The position numbers and the translations under genes were made by a program. Under the pieces are notes generated by a model. It saw nothing but the letters and a program-made list of their open reading frames with translations, did not search any database and was not told the origin of the DNA. From an uncultured Chthonomonadaceae bacterium (lineage in GTDB: Bacteria; Armatimonadota; Chthonomonadetes; Chthonomonadales; Chthonomonadaceae): 64,000 nucleotides of DNA. The stretch spans positions 800,001 through 864,000 of the forward strand of contig CAWFQB010000005.1 in the NCBI GenBank assembly GCA_963817895.1. Reading direction: 5' to 3'. Shown here piece by piece: positions 40,671 to 50,050 of this stretch (position 1 is its first letter; each line of letters begins with the position of its first letter).

Positions 40671-40760
40671 CAGGCTTCAGGTTTCAGGTTTCAGGTTTCA
40701 GGGAAATGCTCTCGTTGTAGAAGGCTTATCCTGACACCTGACACCTGACACCAGAAACCT
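40671..40760. repeat. Inverted pair of TTTCAGG / CCTGACA heptamer arrays, rpsC-rplP
   Basis: TTCAGGTTTCAGGTTTCAGGTTTCAGG ... CCTGACACCTGACACCTGACACCAGAAACCT. Confidence 0.9.
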
Positions 40761-40789
40761 ACACGTTGCTGCATGGAGGAATCTCAATT

Positions 40790-41278
40790 ATGTTGATGCC
40801 GAAGCGCGTGAAACACCGCAAACAGCATCGTGGACGCCGGAATGGTACGGCGTCGGGCGGAACGGAAGTCTCTTTTGGCGATTTCGGATTGCAAGCGCTG
40901 GAGTCCTGCTGGATGACGGCCAACCAGATCGAAGCCGCGCGTATCGCGATGAACCGCTATATCAAGCGGCAAGGTAAAATCTGGATTCGCATTTTCCCTG
41001 ATAAGCCGTTTACCAAGAAGCCGGCGGAAACCCGCATGGGTTCCGGTAAGGGCGCTCCCGATGGCTGGGTCGCGGTTATCAAGCCGGGGCGCGTGTTGTT
41101 CGAGATGGGCGGCGTGGCCGAGTCAGTGGCGCGGGAAGCGATGCGTCTGGCCGCGCACAAATTGCCCATTCATACCAAGTTTATCCTGCGGGACACACCG
41201 ACTGCGGTTGTAGATGAATTGGATGCCGGGGAAGCGGCCAAAGTGCTGATGGAGGGCGATGACAATGGCGGAGCTTAA
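40790..41278 (+). CDS. rplP: 50S ribosomal protein L16
   Basis: [27 protein letters not shown]. Confidence 0.99.
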   Translation: MLMPKRVKHRKQHRGRRNGTASGGTEVSFGDFGLQALESCWMTANQIEAARIAMNRYIKRQGKIWIRIFPDKPFTKKPAETRMGSGKGAPDGWVAVIKPGRVLFEMGGVAESVAREAMRLAAHKLPIHTKFILRDTPTAVVDELDAGEAAKVLMEGDDNGGA

Positions 41279-41495
41279 AATCAAACAGGTGCGCGAACAT
41301 CTGCGCCAGATGAGCGTTGACGAACTTCATCAGGAGATCGCCGCGAACAAGGCGCTGCTGTTCGATTTTCGCCGCCGTCAGGCCATGCGCCAACTGGAAA
41401 ACACGGCGGCCATTCGCAACGCGCGCAAGCAGATCGCCCGCGCCTTGACGATTATACGAGAGCGCGAAATCGCCGCTCAGGGAGAAACGAAGTAG
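41265..41495 (+). CDS. rpmC: 50S ribosomal protein L29
   Basis: [20 protein letters not shown]; synteny. Confidence 0.95.
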   Translation: MAELKIKQVREHLRQMSVDELHQEIAANKALLFDFRRRQAMRQLENTAAIRNARKQIARALTIIREREIAAQGETK

Positions 41496-41497
41496 CC

Positions 41498-42151
41498 ATG
41501 TCAGACGAAACAGTAAACTCGGTGGCAACGCCCGTCGAGACGGAACCGACGGCTGCTGCGGTCACTGCTCCCGAAGCGACGCCTGCGGAAGAGGCCATCG
41601 GCGTCTTAGCGACACCCAACGCGGAAGCGGCAACGGAAACATCGGAAACGGAACCCGTGACTACGGAAACCACCACAGCCGAAACCAATGCTGGAGAAGC
41701 CGGAACGACAGATGCGCCTATGGCAGTGGAAACGCCCACAGCGGAACCGGCGGCTGCCGCTCCCGCCCCGGTTGTGGCTGCGCCCACGCCTCCCAAAGCG
41801 AAGGCGAAAGCAACGGGCGGTGGTTCGGCGCAGTCCAAACTGTCCGATCCCGCCAACGACTTGAACATCATTCATTTCGAGGGCGACAAGAGCGATACGG
41901 AGCGCGGGCGGCGTAAAGTTCGCACCGGGCGCGTGGTCAGCAGCAAAATGCAGAAGACTGTTGTTGTGGCTGTGGAAACGCGCAAGCGTCACCCGCTATA
42001 CGGCAAGTTCATGCGCCAGACGGCGAAGTTCAAGGCCCACGACGAGCAGAATGAGTGCGGCGAGGGCGATACCGTGGAAATCATGGAAACTCGTCCGCTG
42101 TCCAAAGACAAGAACTGGCGCGTTATCCGTATCATAGAAAAAGCGAAGTAG
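41498..42151 (+). CDS. rpsQ: 30S ribosomal protein S17 with about 130-aa acidic N-terminal extension
   Basis: [35 protein letters not shown]. Confidence 0.97.
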   Translation: MSDETVNSVATPVETEPTAAAVTAPEATPAEEAIGVLATPNAEAATETSETEPVTTETTTAETNAGEAGTTDAPMAVETPTAEPAAAAPAPVVAAPTPPKAKAKATGGGSAQSKLSDPANDLNIIHFEGDKSDTERGRRKVRTGRVVSSKMQKTVVVAVETRKRHPLYGKFMRQTAKFKAHDEQNECGEGDTVEIMETRPLSKDKNWRVIRIIEKAK

Positions 42152-42224
42152 GGAGTAGGAAGTAGGAAGTAGGGAGTAGAAAATGCGTATTCCCCTACTT
42201 CCTACTCCCCACGCCCTACTCCCT
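42149..42224. repeat. Inverted pair of TAGG(G/A)AG heptamer arrays, rpsQ-rplN
   Basis: Starts at the rpsQ TAG; right arm CCTACTTCCTACTCCCCACGCCCTACTCCCT. Confidence 0.9.
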
Positions 42225-42237
42225 GTGGGAGTGAGTG

Positions 42238-42609
42238 ATGATTTAACCCTATACCCGTTTACGCTGCGCCGACAATTCGGGGGCGCGCGAAATTATGTGT
42301 ATTCGCGTTCTCAAAGGCTCGAATACCAAATACGCTTATGTGGGCGATGTGATTGTCGGCGTTGTCAAGTCGGCCACGCCTAATCAGCAGGTCAAGAAGA
42401 GCGATGTGGTAAAATGTGTTGTCGTGCGTACCCGACAGCCCATCCGCCGACCGGATGGCAGCGTGTTGCGCTTTGATGACAACGCCGCTGTAGTTCTCGC
42501 CAACAACAATCAGGACCCGCGCGGATCGCGCATCTTTGGGCCGGTGGCGCGTGAATTGCGCGAAAACAGCTTTATGAAGATCGTTTCGCTGGCCCCGGAG
42601 GTATTGTAA
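42238..42609 (+). CDS. rplN: 50S ribosomal protein L14, with in-frame TAA at codon 3
   Basis: ATG ATT TAA CCC TAT ACC... reads [24 protein letters not shown]...[17 protein letters not shown]. Confidence 0.95.
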
Positions 42610-43044
42610 TGCCCAGACTGAAAAAGAGTACGCCGCTGGAGCCGGTCAAACTCAAAATCAAAAAAGGCGATACGGTGGAAGTGATTTCCGGCAAGGATAA
42701 ATCCGCGTCGGGACAGCCGCCCAAGCGCGGCGAAGTGCTGGCCGCGTATCCCAAAGAGAACAAAGTGCTGGTCAAGGGTGTCAACATCATGATCAAGCAC
42801 CAGAAGGAGCGGACCTCCAGCCGCCCCTCCACGAACGGCATGTCGCAGCCGGATACCATTCCCGGCGGACGTCTCGAAAAAGAGACGCCGCTGTTCGTCG
42901 CCAAAGTGATGCTGGTGTGTCCCAACTGCCAGCGGCCCACGCCGCGTCGGCTACGCCTTCAAAGAGGGCGATGGCAAACTGTCGCGCCGCAAATACCGCA
43001 TATGCAAGCATCCTGACTGCGCGAAAGCGATAGATCAGATTTAG
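42609..43044 (+). CDS. rplX: 50S ribosomal protein L24; apparent +1 frameshift near 42941
   Basis: [29 protein letters not shown]; shifted frame PTRVGYAF...[16 protein letters not shown]. Confidence 0.93.
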
Positions 43045-43048
43045 TATC

Positions 43049-43189
43049 TCACCACAGAGGCACAGAGACACAGAGGCTTCACAGAGAAATACGAGGAGAT
43101 GAGAAGAGAGGAACTATTGTGTTTCTCCTTTTCTCCTTTTCTCTTTTTCTCCTTTTCTCCTCTGTGACGCCTCTGTGCCTCTGTGGTGA
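43049..43189. repeat. Inverted pair of CACAGAG(G/A) repeats with nested TTCTCCTT array, rplX-rplE
   Basis: TCACCACAGAGGCACAGAGACACAGAGG ... CCTCTGTGACGCCTCTGTGCCTCTGTGGTGA. Confidence 0.9.
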
Positions 43190-43241
43190 ATGATTTTCCC
43201 GCCGCCGGTCGGAAATCGGTGGGCGTTTAAGGGAGCGATTT

Positions 43242-43802
43242 ATGCCTACAACGGCTCGTTTGAAAGAGCGCTACAAAGCGGAAGTGGCGCCGAACCTCAT
43301 CAAGCAGTTCAACTATAAGAACGTGATGCAGGCTCCGAAGATTGACAAGATTGTTATCAACATGGGTGTGGGCCGCGCGGGGCAAACGGGCGGCGACAGC
43401 AAGGAACTCGACGGCGCGGTTCGCGATATGACGGCGATTGCCGGCCAGAAGCCGCTGATTACGCGCGCCCGCAAGTCCGTCGCCAACTTCAAGCTGCGCG
43501 AAGGTTCCCGTATCGGCTGCAAAGTGACTCTGCGCGGCGAACGCATGTACGAATTCTTTGATCGTCTGGTGAACGCGACCCTGCCGCGTATCCGTGACTT
43601 TCAGGGCGTGTCGCCCAACTCCTTCGATGGCAGAGGCAACTTCGCGATGGGTATGCGCGAACAGCTAGTCTTCCCCGAAATTGATTACGACAAGATTGAC
43701 AAAGTGCGCGGCATGGACATCATCGTCTGCACAACTGCCAACACGGACGAAGAGGCCCGCGCCCTGCTCAAAGCAATGGGCATGCCGTTCCGCGAGAAGT
43801 AA
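43242..43802 (+). CDS. rplE: 50S ribosomal protein L5
   Basis: [36 protein letters not shown]. Confidence 0.99.
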   Translation: MPTTARLKERYKAEVAPNLIKQFNYKNVMQAPKIDKIVINMGVGRAGQTGGDSKELDGAVRDMTAIAGQKPLITRARKSVANFKLREGSRIGCKVTLRGERMYEFFDRLVNATLPRIRDFQGVSPNSFDGRGNFAMGMREQLVFPEIDYDKIDKVRGMDIIVCTTANTDEEARALLKAMGMPFREK

Positions 43803-43846
43803 AAGACTGTTTAGCCGCGAATGAACGCGAATAAACGCGAATACCT

Positions 43847-43891
43847 GAAAAGGCCGACTGCCACTTGTTGTAAAGTGGCAGTCGGCCTTTC
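43847..43891. terminator. Bidirectional intrinsic terminator ending the cluster after rplE
   Basis: AAAGGCCGACTGCCACTT / AAGTGGCAGTCGGCCTTT stem between convergent genes. Confidence 0.85.
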
Positions 43892-43916
43892 TGTTTATGA
43901 ACCAACTTCTTTAAAC

Positions 43917-44777
43917 TCAGCGGCGGAAATTAGAGTCGTCGGTATCGAACAAACGCTCTAGCTCCTGCTCGAATAGTTCCTGATCGGCGTTGGTATCCCG
44001 TTGCGGTTGGCGTCGCCGCGCCTTTTCCAAAGGCGTCAGGGCTTTCACTTCTTCACCCTTTTGCTTCTGTTCCGCTTCCGCTTCAGCGTTTGCGGACATG
44101 GGCGGCGCCAGTTTGTCCAGTCCTGTCCGCTTCTGCACGGTCAGCGTACCCTCGTCCGTATCGGCAACCCGTACGAGTTCGCCGCGCCATAAGCCCTCCT
44201 GCGCTCTCATTACAGACGGCGGAACGATACGGGGCGCGGTGGGCTTGACATCTTCGGGTAACGCGCCCGTCCGTTTGGTTTCCATCTTGTCCAGCCGCGC
44301 CATTTCGGTCAGCCACAAATCCTCGTCGCGCTTCTGCTGCGCGCGGCGATTGGCCTCCTCATCGCGTTTTTTGCGCGCGGCCTGTTCACGCTTCTGCTGC
44401 TCCTCGCGGCGTAATCGCTCCATTGCCTGCGGATCGCGTAACTGCGCTTCCTGTTCGGGCGTCAGGCGCAATCCCTTTTCGCGCAGGCTGGTTCCAAATC
44501 CCGCATTGGATTGGCTGCCCGGCGCGTGGCGTTCGCGCGGATAGATTTTCAGCGCGCCCGGATTGCCGGGATCAATGGACACAGGAATACCCATCTCCTG
44601 ACACCAGCGCTCTACTTCGGGACGCAGCACGGCGCCCTGTCCGTGAATAATCCGCACAGCCTGTTTGCCCTGCCACTTCGGCCATTGCTGCTGCAAGGTG
44701 ACGCGCATTTGCTCGGCGGTCAACCCATGCAAATCCGCTTCCACATCCACATCTTTTTTGTTTCCCTGAGTTGCCAC
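43917..44777 (-). CDS. Smr/MutS2-domain protein with charged coiled-coil C-terminus
   Basis: DLHGLT, VRIIHGQG..LR..V..W, NPGA. Confidence 0.8.
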   Translation of the reverse strand: MATQGNKKDVDVEADLHGLTAEQMRVTLQQQWPKWQGKQAVRIIHGQGAVLRPEVERWCQEMGIPVSIDPGNPGALKIYPRERHAPGSQSNAGFGTSLREKGLRLTPEQEAQLRDPQAMERLRREEQQKREQAARKKRDEEANRRAQQKRDEDLWLTEMARLDKMETKRTGALPEDVKPTAPRIVPPSVMRAQEGLWRGELVRVADTDEGTLTVQKRTGLDKLAPPMSANAEAEAEQKQKGEEVKALTPLEKARRRQPQRDTNADQELFEQELERLFDTDDSNFRR

Positions 44778-45232
44778 ATCCGTTATCCTGAAAATACATA
44801 CCGCGTTTTGCCGTTACGTTCGATCTATCATCACTATGCCGCCAACGTCCGAAATCCGGCATAAATGAGGTGGAAAATTCAAATATGCGCGTACTCCTGC
44901 CGGGTTTCTGCCCTACTATACGCAATGAAGGGGCAAGGCGTCGCAGGCAGCAAATGAAAAGGGGAGCAAAAACACCGTTTTCTCGCGCTTTTCGCTTCAC
45001 AAAATTGCGAGATATGCGCAGGAAAAGGCTATTTTCAGGAACTTTAAGCCGCGCAAAAAGTAAAGGAACGGATAGGAAAAATCGTCGTAACTAAGTCAGG
45101 CGTACACCCTGTCATAACTGCGGATATAGTATTGTATATATCCCTTAACGTAAGATCAATTTCAAAGAAACGTGGATGTAAACTGCGCATGACGCGCCGC
45201 GTCGCTGATAGGTTGTATAGAGAAATACCATT

Positions 45233-45496
45233 ATGGGAAGACACATGGATAAAGAGTTGGAGCGTCTGGAAGACTCTCTACGAGTGGCAAGCGATAATCT
45301 GATGCGGCTTCTGCGCGACCTCTTTGGCACGGAAGAGGACCCCCGCGCGCTGGAACTGCTGCGGCTGACTTCCAAAAAAGAGGTGGCGGAGGATGCCCTC
45401 GTCACGTACCTGCTTGACAATATGCCTCTGGACGAACTGGAGGAGCCGCCGCACGGGATGCCGCCGGCTTCTCCCCCTATCGGTTATCTACACTGA
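45233..45496 (+). CDS. Small hypothetical helical protein
   Basis: 87-aa ORF with normal codon usage after an AT-rich promoter region. Confidence 0.6.
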   Translation: MGRHMDKELERLEDSLRVASDNLMRLLRDLFGTEEDPRALELLRLTSKKEVAEDALVTYLLDNMPLDELEEPPHGMPPASPPIGYLH

Positions 45497-45551
45497 TAGT
45501 TTCCAGCCAGTTTTGGCCGTACGTCTCATTAAATGCAGTTCCTGCGTCGCG

Positions 45552-46121
45552 CTATTTGATGAGCTTCAGCACGTCGCGGAATTCCGGCGTACCCGCTTCG
45601 TGCAGCAGTTCGTACAAAGCCATTTCCACCGACGTGAGCAGGACACGTCCGGCGCGCATTTTGTCCAGTCCCAGCCGCCAATTCGCTTCGGTTCGTGAAG
45701 ACGTGGCATCCGTAACAACGTGTACCTGATAATCCGCCGCCTGCATGTCGTGAGCCGTCTGATTGATGCAGATATGAGTTTCAACGCCGCACAGCAGCAC
45801 TTGCCGCCGGCCTGTGCGCTGTAGTTCGGAGACAAAGGCGGGCGACCCCATGCTGCTGAACGTCATTTTGTCGAACGGCGGGAGTTGCGCGGGCAGCAGG
45901 CTTTTCACCGGCTCGATAACGTCTCCCATTTTTTCCGCCGCCTGCGTGGTTCCAATGACGGGCATACGCAGCACGTTCGCGCCCTGCATCAGGGCGCGAA
46001 CATTGTCCAGAACGCGCTGCTGCTCATGAATAGTGCGCAGAAACGGCTCCTGCATATCCACAACCACGAGGACGGTATTCTCTGAATGAAGCAAATGGGG
46101 ATGATTTTTCGGATTACGCAC
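45552..46121 (-). CDS. Isochorismatase-family hydrolase
   Basis: VVVDMQE, DKMTFS, GVETHICINQT, DATSSR. Confidence 0.92.
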   Translation of the reverse strand: MRNPKNHPHLLHSENTVLVVVDMQEPFLRTIHEQQRVLDNVRALMQGANVLRMPVIGTTQAAEKMGDVIEPVKSLLPAQLPPFDKMTFSSMGSPAFVSELQRTGRRQVLLCGVETHICINQTAHDMQAADYQVHVVTDATSSRTEANWRLGLDKMRAGRVLLTSVEMALYELLHEAGTPEFRDVLKLIK

Positions 46122-46506
46122 GGGTCTTCTTTCCCTTCAATATCGAAACGGCGTGAACAGTAATGGTACGGACATATAGCGCGATTTCGCCACAAATGCG
46201 CGTCAAGTCATGAATTCTGAATGGCTTAGTATCGGCGTAAAGCGCGAATGTCTGCATCGTTGCGCAGCGTGAAACCTCTCGACTTCTATACCTTGCCACT
46301 CTCCACACTTTACCAAGTGGAAAGTCAAGGGGATTTATATCATCTGGCGTATTTTACCTAATTAGCAGGAGAAACCGCGCCAAAGCAGGGAAAAACATGT
46401 TCGATGCGGTATAGAAGGGTACTTCGCCGTTTGGTGTATACTAGAAGGCATCCCGCAAGCGGATGAAGACTATGCCCGGACATTGAGGCAAGGAGAGGAC
46501 GAGAAG

Positions 46507-46959
46507 ATGAATATTGTAATTCTGGGCTGTGGCCGCGTCGGTTCCACGTTTGCGCGCCTGATGCACCGGGAAGGCCATAACGTTACCATCATTGATCTGC
46601 AAAGCGAGGCGTTCCGGCGGTTGGGAACCAAATTTCGCGGCAATCGCATTGTGGGCAACGGCATAGACGAGGATGTGCTGAGACGGGCGGGAATCGAGAA
46701 CGCGAATGTTTTCATTGCCGTGTCGCAGGGCGACAATCGCAACATCATGGCGGCGCAGATCGCGCAGCATGTGTTTCAGATAAAAACGGTCATCGCGCGT
46801 ATTTATGATCCCGTTCGCGCAGACCGCTACCGCCAACTCGGTATCACCACGCTTTGCACCACCACCATCGCTACCGGCCTGATGCGCGACTTTGTAACAA
46901 CCGGCGAGTGGGGCCTTGCCAAAGACTACTCGCAGGAATATTTGACGGCGAATGTGTGA
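46507..46959 (+). CDS. trkA: TrkA/KtrA-like protein (RCK_N only)
   Basis: IVILGCGRVG, GNGID..L..AG, GDNRN, ARIYDP. Confidence 0.88.
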   Translation: MNIVILGCGRVGSTFARLMHREGHNVTIIDLQSEAFRRLGTKFRGNRIVGNGIDEDVLRRAGIENANVFIAVSQGDNRNIMAAQIAQHVFQIKTVIARIYDPVRADRYRQLGITTLCTTTIATGLMRDFVTTGEWGLAKDYSQEYLTANV

Positions 46960-46962
46960 GGA

Positions 46963-47069
46963 GGTAGACGGTAGACGGTAGACGGTAGCATCCTTACTTG
47001 CAAGTTGTTCCTATCGAACAAAGCTTTCAGTAAACAGGCATTGCTACTGTCTACCATCTACCGTCTACC
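46963..47069. repeat. Inverted pair of GGTAGAC heptamer arrays
   Basis: (GGTAGAC)x3 GGTAGCA ... TGCTACTGTCTACCATCTACCGTCTACC. Confidence 0.9.
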
Positions 47070-47084
47070 CCGAAGGATTGCATC

Positions 47085-47741
47085 ATGTACATCATCATCG
47101 TGGGCGGGGGGAACATCGGTTACTATCTGGCGAAAACGCTGGTATCCGCCCGGCATGAAGTTTTGCTAATGGAGAAGGATCGGACGCGCTACCGCACCAT
47201 TTCGGAAGAATTGGGCGAAGTCGTGATGCAGGGCGACGGCTGCGAAGTGGCGCAGCAGAATCAGGCGGGATTCGGGCGGGCGGACGCGGTTGTGGCCGCG
47301 ACGGGCAGCGACGACGATAACCTTGTCGTGTGCCAGATGGCGAAAATGGAACATAACGTGCCGCGCACCATTTCCCGCGTTAATGACCCGCGCAACGAGT
47401 CGCTGTTTCATAAATTGGGCATTGACGCGACGGTGAGTTCCACGAAAATCATCTACAATCTTATCGAGCAGGAGGTGGGCGGCGGTGAAGTGATTCCGCT
47501 TGCCGCTCTGAACCGGGGCAACATCGAGATTGTGGAAGTGGAAATCGGGCCGCGTTCTCCGGTGGTGGATCAGGAAATTCGCGCCCTGAAACTGCCCGCC
47601 GAGGCCCTGATTATCAGCGTGATTCGCCACGACCACGCCATTCTGCCCGCCGCCGATACGCGCTTTGAAATCGGCGACAGCGTAATTGCCCTTGTGGGCG
47701 CGGATCGGGAACACGACCTGCGCGATATTTTTGCGGAGTAA
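47085..47741 (+). CDS. trkA: TrkA family protein (RCK_N + RCK_C)
   Basis: IIVGGGNIG, GDG, TGSDDDNL, RVNDPRN, C-terminal TrkA_C. Confidence 0.92.
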   Translation: MYIIIVGGGNIGYYLAKTLVSARHEVLLMEKDRTRYRTISEELGEVVMQGDGCEVAQQNQAGFGRADAVVAATGSDDDNLVVCQMAKMEHNVPRTISRVNDPRNESLFHKLGIDATVSSTKIIYNLIEQEVGGGEVIPLAALNRGNIEIVEVEIGPRSPVVDQEIRALKLPAEALIISVIRHDHAILPAADTRFEIGDSVIALVGADREHDLRDIFAE

Positions 47742-47746
47742 TTATC

Positions 47747-48391
47747 ATGGCTCGGAAAGCGACACCGCGTAAAATGGATGGGCCGCCGGATTTTTGCGAT
47801 TACGGCGTGGGCATACTGGGGGAACGGCTGGATAAGATGTTGGCGCATACGGAGGGCGCGGCAAGCGGCACTCAGACCCGACCCATTCATCAGATGCGCG
47901 TGTGGTCCCGCCGTTCCCGCGCCGCGCTGGATGTGTTCGGCGTCTGTTTTGTGGATGCCGAGCCTGCCGCCTTTGCCGACATTGCGCAGGAGGTAAAAAC
48001 CGTCACGCGGGCATTGGGCGCGGCCCGTGATTTAGATGTGATGCTGGAAACCATGCGTACCCGCATGGAGAGCCTGCCGCCCGAACAGCGCGGCGGCGTG
48101 GACAGCTTTCTGGACTATTTGCAGGCGCAGCGCAATGACCGACAGCAGGCCGTCACCGATTCCGTCAAGCATCTGGAAAAAAGCAAACTGAAGCAGCAAT
48201 TGCAGCGACTGGCAGACAAACACGGCTACCGGTCGGTTACAGTAGAGATTCCCGCCCCGGAACCGAAAGCGGCAGAACCGCTGACCTCAGCATCCGCCAC
48301 ATCGAAAGCGGCGGAAGCATCCGTTGCAGATGCAGCGGAAGCATCGGTTGCAAAAGCAACGGCAGACAAAGCAAAGAATGGAACAGCCTGA
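47747..48391 (+). CDS. CHAD domain, N-terminal half
   Basis: IHQMRVWSRRSRAAL, LGAARDLDV. Confidence 0.85.
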   Translation: MARKATPRKMDGPPDFCDYGVGILGERLDKMLAHTEGAASGTQTRPIHQMRVWSRRSRAALDVFGVCFVDAEPAAFADIAQEVKTVTRALGAARDLDVMLETMRTRMESLPPEQRGGVDSFLDYLQAQRNDRQQAVTDSVKHLEKSKLKQQLQRLADKHGYRSVTVEIPAPEPKAAEPLTSASATSKAAEASVADAAEASVAKATADKAKNGTA

Positions 48392-49455
48392 TGGCAAAAT
48401 CAAAGTCTTCTGCAAAAGTCAATCCACGTCAACCTGTGCTTGTCAATGCGGCCAAACTGATTACGCGGCGTCTGGACGAAATGCTTGCCTACGAGTCCTG
48501 CATCGCCGATCCTGACAACGTGTACGAACTCCATGAGATGCGGATTGCGGGCAAGCGCCTGCGCTACACGATGGAGGTCTTTCAGCCGGTTTATATCCGG
48601 TACACCGATGCGGGGCCGGAGTTCGGAACAATGCTGCAAGCCGTGAAGAATTTACAGGAGCATCTTGGAATTCTGCACGATGCCGATGTGCTGGTTCCGC
48701 AGATTCTGGAGCATTTGGGCCGCGTCGTCAAAAAGGGTTACGGCCTGCCTACTGCTGCCGCGCCCGACAGCATGAATGGTCAAGAGGGCAAGACTAAAGG
48801 CGCGAAGCAGAAAAATCATGCCGCTAAATCCGGCAAGCTGCAAGAGGTTCTGCCGATTGTAGGCGTCCATCAGGTAGATTACGCGGGTTGTGAGGGACTG
48901 CTGACGCTGTGCCGACAAATTCGCGCCGACCGTGACGCGCAATACGCGAAATTGACGCAGGAATGGCAGCAGATACGCGCCGAACAGGTGTTTGAGCGCC
49001 TGCGCGATCTGATCGCAAGGAGTGAGGGAACAGAGGGGAGAAAAGGAGAAAAGGAGAAAAGGAGAAAAGGAGAAGGGGAGGCAGAAAACGAACCCCAATC
49101 GGCAATCGAAAATCGAAAATCGGCAATCCCTTCATCCTTCATCCTTCATCCTTCATCCTTACCCAATGAGGAGCCGGATGCCGCCAACAGACAAACCCCG
49201 CAAGTCCAGCGCGCGCCCGGTGAACCGGGACACGTCGCCGCCGCCCGCCGCCGAGTCGCGCCCCGCGCCCCGGAAAAAGATGGCGAACCGGAGCCGCAAG
49301 GACACAAAGGCAGGCAAAGGCGAGACGCCAGCGCAAGCGCCCGAATTGACAGTTCTGCCCCTCCCGCCGCCCGAACCGGCAATACGCGCGCTCCGCGACA
49401 TCCCCGGACTGGGGCCGATACGGATTCGGGCGCTGGAAAAGGCGGGGCTGAGTAG
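48391..49455 (+). CDS. CHAD domain, C-terminal half; ORF extends through repeats and overlaps the next gene
   Basis: LHEMRIAGKRLRY.ME, LQEHLG.LHDADV. True end uncertain after about 49020. Confidence 0.8.
   Translation: MAKSKSSAKVNPRQPVLVNAAKLITRRLDEMLAYESCIADPDNVYELHEMRIAGKRLRYTMEVFQPVYIRYTDAGPEFGTMLQAVKNLQEHLGILHDADVLVPQILEHLGRVVKKGYGLPTAAAPDSMNGQEGKTKGAKQKNHAAKSGKLQEVLPIVGVHQVDYAGCEGLLTLCRQIRADRDAQYAKLTQEWQQIRAEQVFERLRDLIARSEGTEGRKGEKEKRRKGEGEAENEPQSAIENRKSAIPSSFILHPSSLPNEEPDAANRQTPQVQRAPGEPGHVAAARRRVAPRAPEKDGEPEPQGHKGRQRRDASASARIDSSAPPAARTGNTRAPRHPRTGADTDSGAGKGGAE
49038..49160. repeat. Three stacked tandem arrays ([22 protein letters not shown]) inside an open frame
   Basis: Seen directly; translated as RKGEKEKRRKGE..QSAIENRKSAI..SSFILHPSS. 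Confidence 0.9.
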
Positions 49456-50050
49456 CCTGACGCTATTGCGCGACGCGACGCTGGAACGTCTGCTGGTTGT
49501 GCCGGGTATGAGCGAAATCAAGGCGCGGCACATACATACGTTTCTCGCCAACGCGCTTATTCTGACTGAGACGGAAGCAGTCACGAAATCGACGGATGGT
49601 GATGGGATTGCAGGGACGCAATCGGTTTCCATTCTGCCGACCACGCCTCTGCTCGACGCCAACAGCGGAAACGGCATCGCGGAAGCAGCACAACTATTAC
49701 CGACATGGCTGGTGGAAATGCAGGTTGCGCGGGATGAGACGGTTGCGCTGCTGACTAGCCGACACGCCCCGAATTTTCGCGCCCGTCTGCTGCGCGAACT
49801 GGTGCGGTTTGCCGCCGGCATCCCCGGATGGCAGCAGGGATTGATGCAGGGCGCGGAGAAAGATCAGGAACGCGCTTTGCGACGCGTCCGTCGCCTGCGC
49901 CTGTCGCTGATGGAAGCGCTGCCGCAAACCGAACCGGATCGCAAAACGCAGTCGCGCCTGGCCGAAGACATCGCGGAAGCCAGTGACCGCCTGTACGCTT
50001 TGAGCGGCCAAACGGAACCCACCCGCAGCACGGAGGACGCGCATGACTGA
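49178..50050 (+). CDS. Helix-hairpin-helix domain protein
   Basis: GAGGAG RBS; LRDIPGLGPIR..LEKAG, LLVVPGMSEIKA. Confidence 0.78.
   Translation: MPPTDKPRKSSARPVNRDTSPPPAAESRPAPRKKMANRSRKDTKAGKGETPAQAPELTVLPLPPPEPAIRALRDIPGLGPIRIRALEKAGLSSLTLLRDATLERLLVVPGMSEIKARHIHTFLANALILTETEAVTKSTDGDGIAGTQSVSILPTTPLLDANSGNGIAEAAQLLPTWLVEMQVARDETVALLTSRHAPNFRARLLRELVRFAAGIPGWQQGLMQGAEKDQERALRRVRRLRLSLMEALPQTEPDRKTQSRLAEDIAEASDRLYALSGQTEPTRSTEDAHD

Noticed and set aside
34515..42224. CRISPR array interpretation of the repeats
   Set aside because: Units are 7-9 nt, tandem without unique spacers, and no cas genes are present.
42244..42246. Alternative genetic code (TAA = Gln)
   Set aside because: TAA terminates rplW, rplN and rplE normally.
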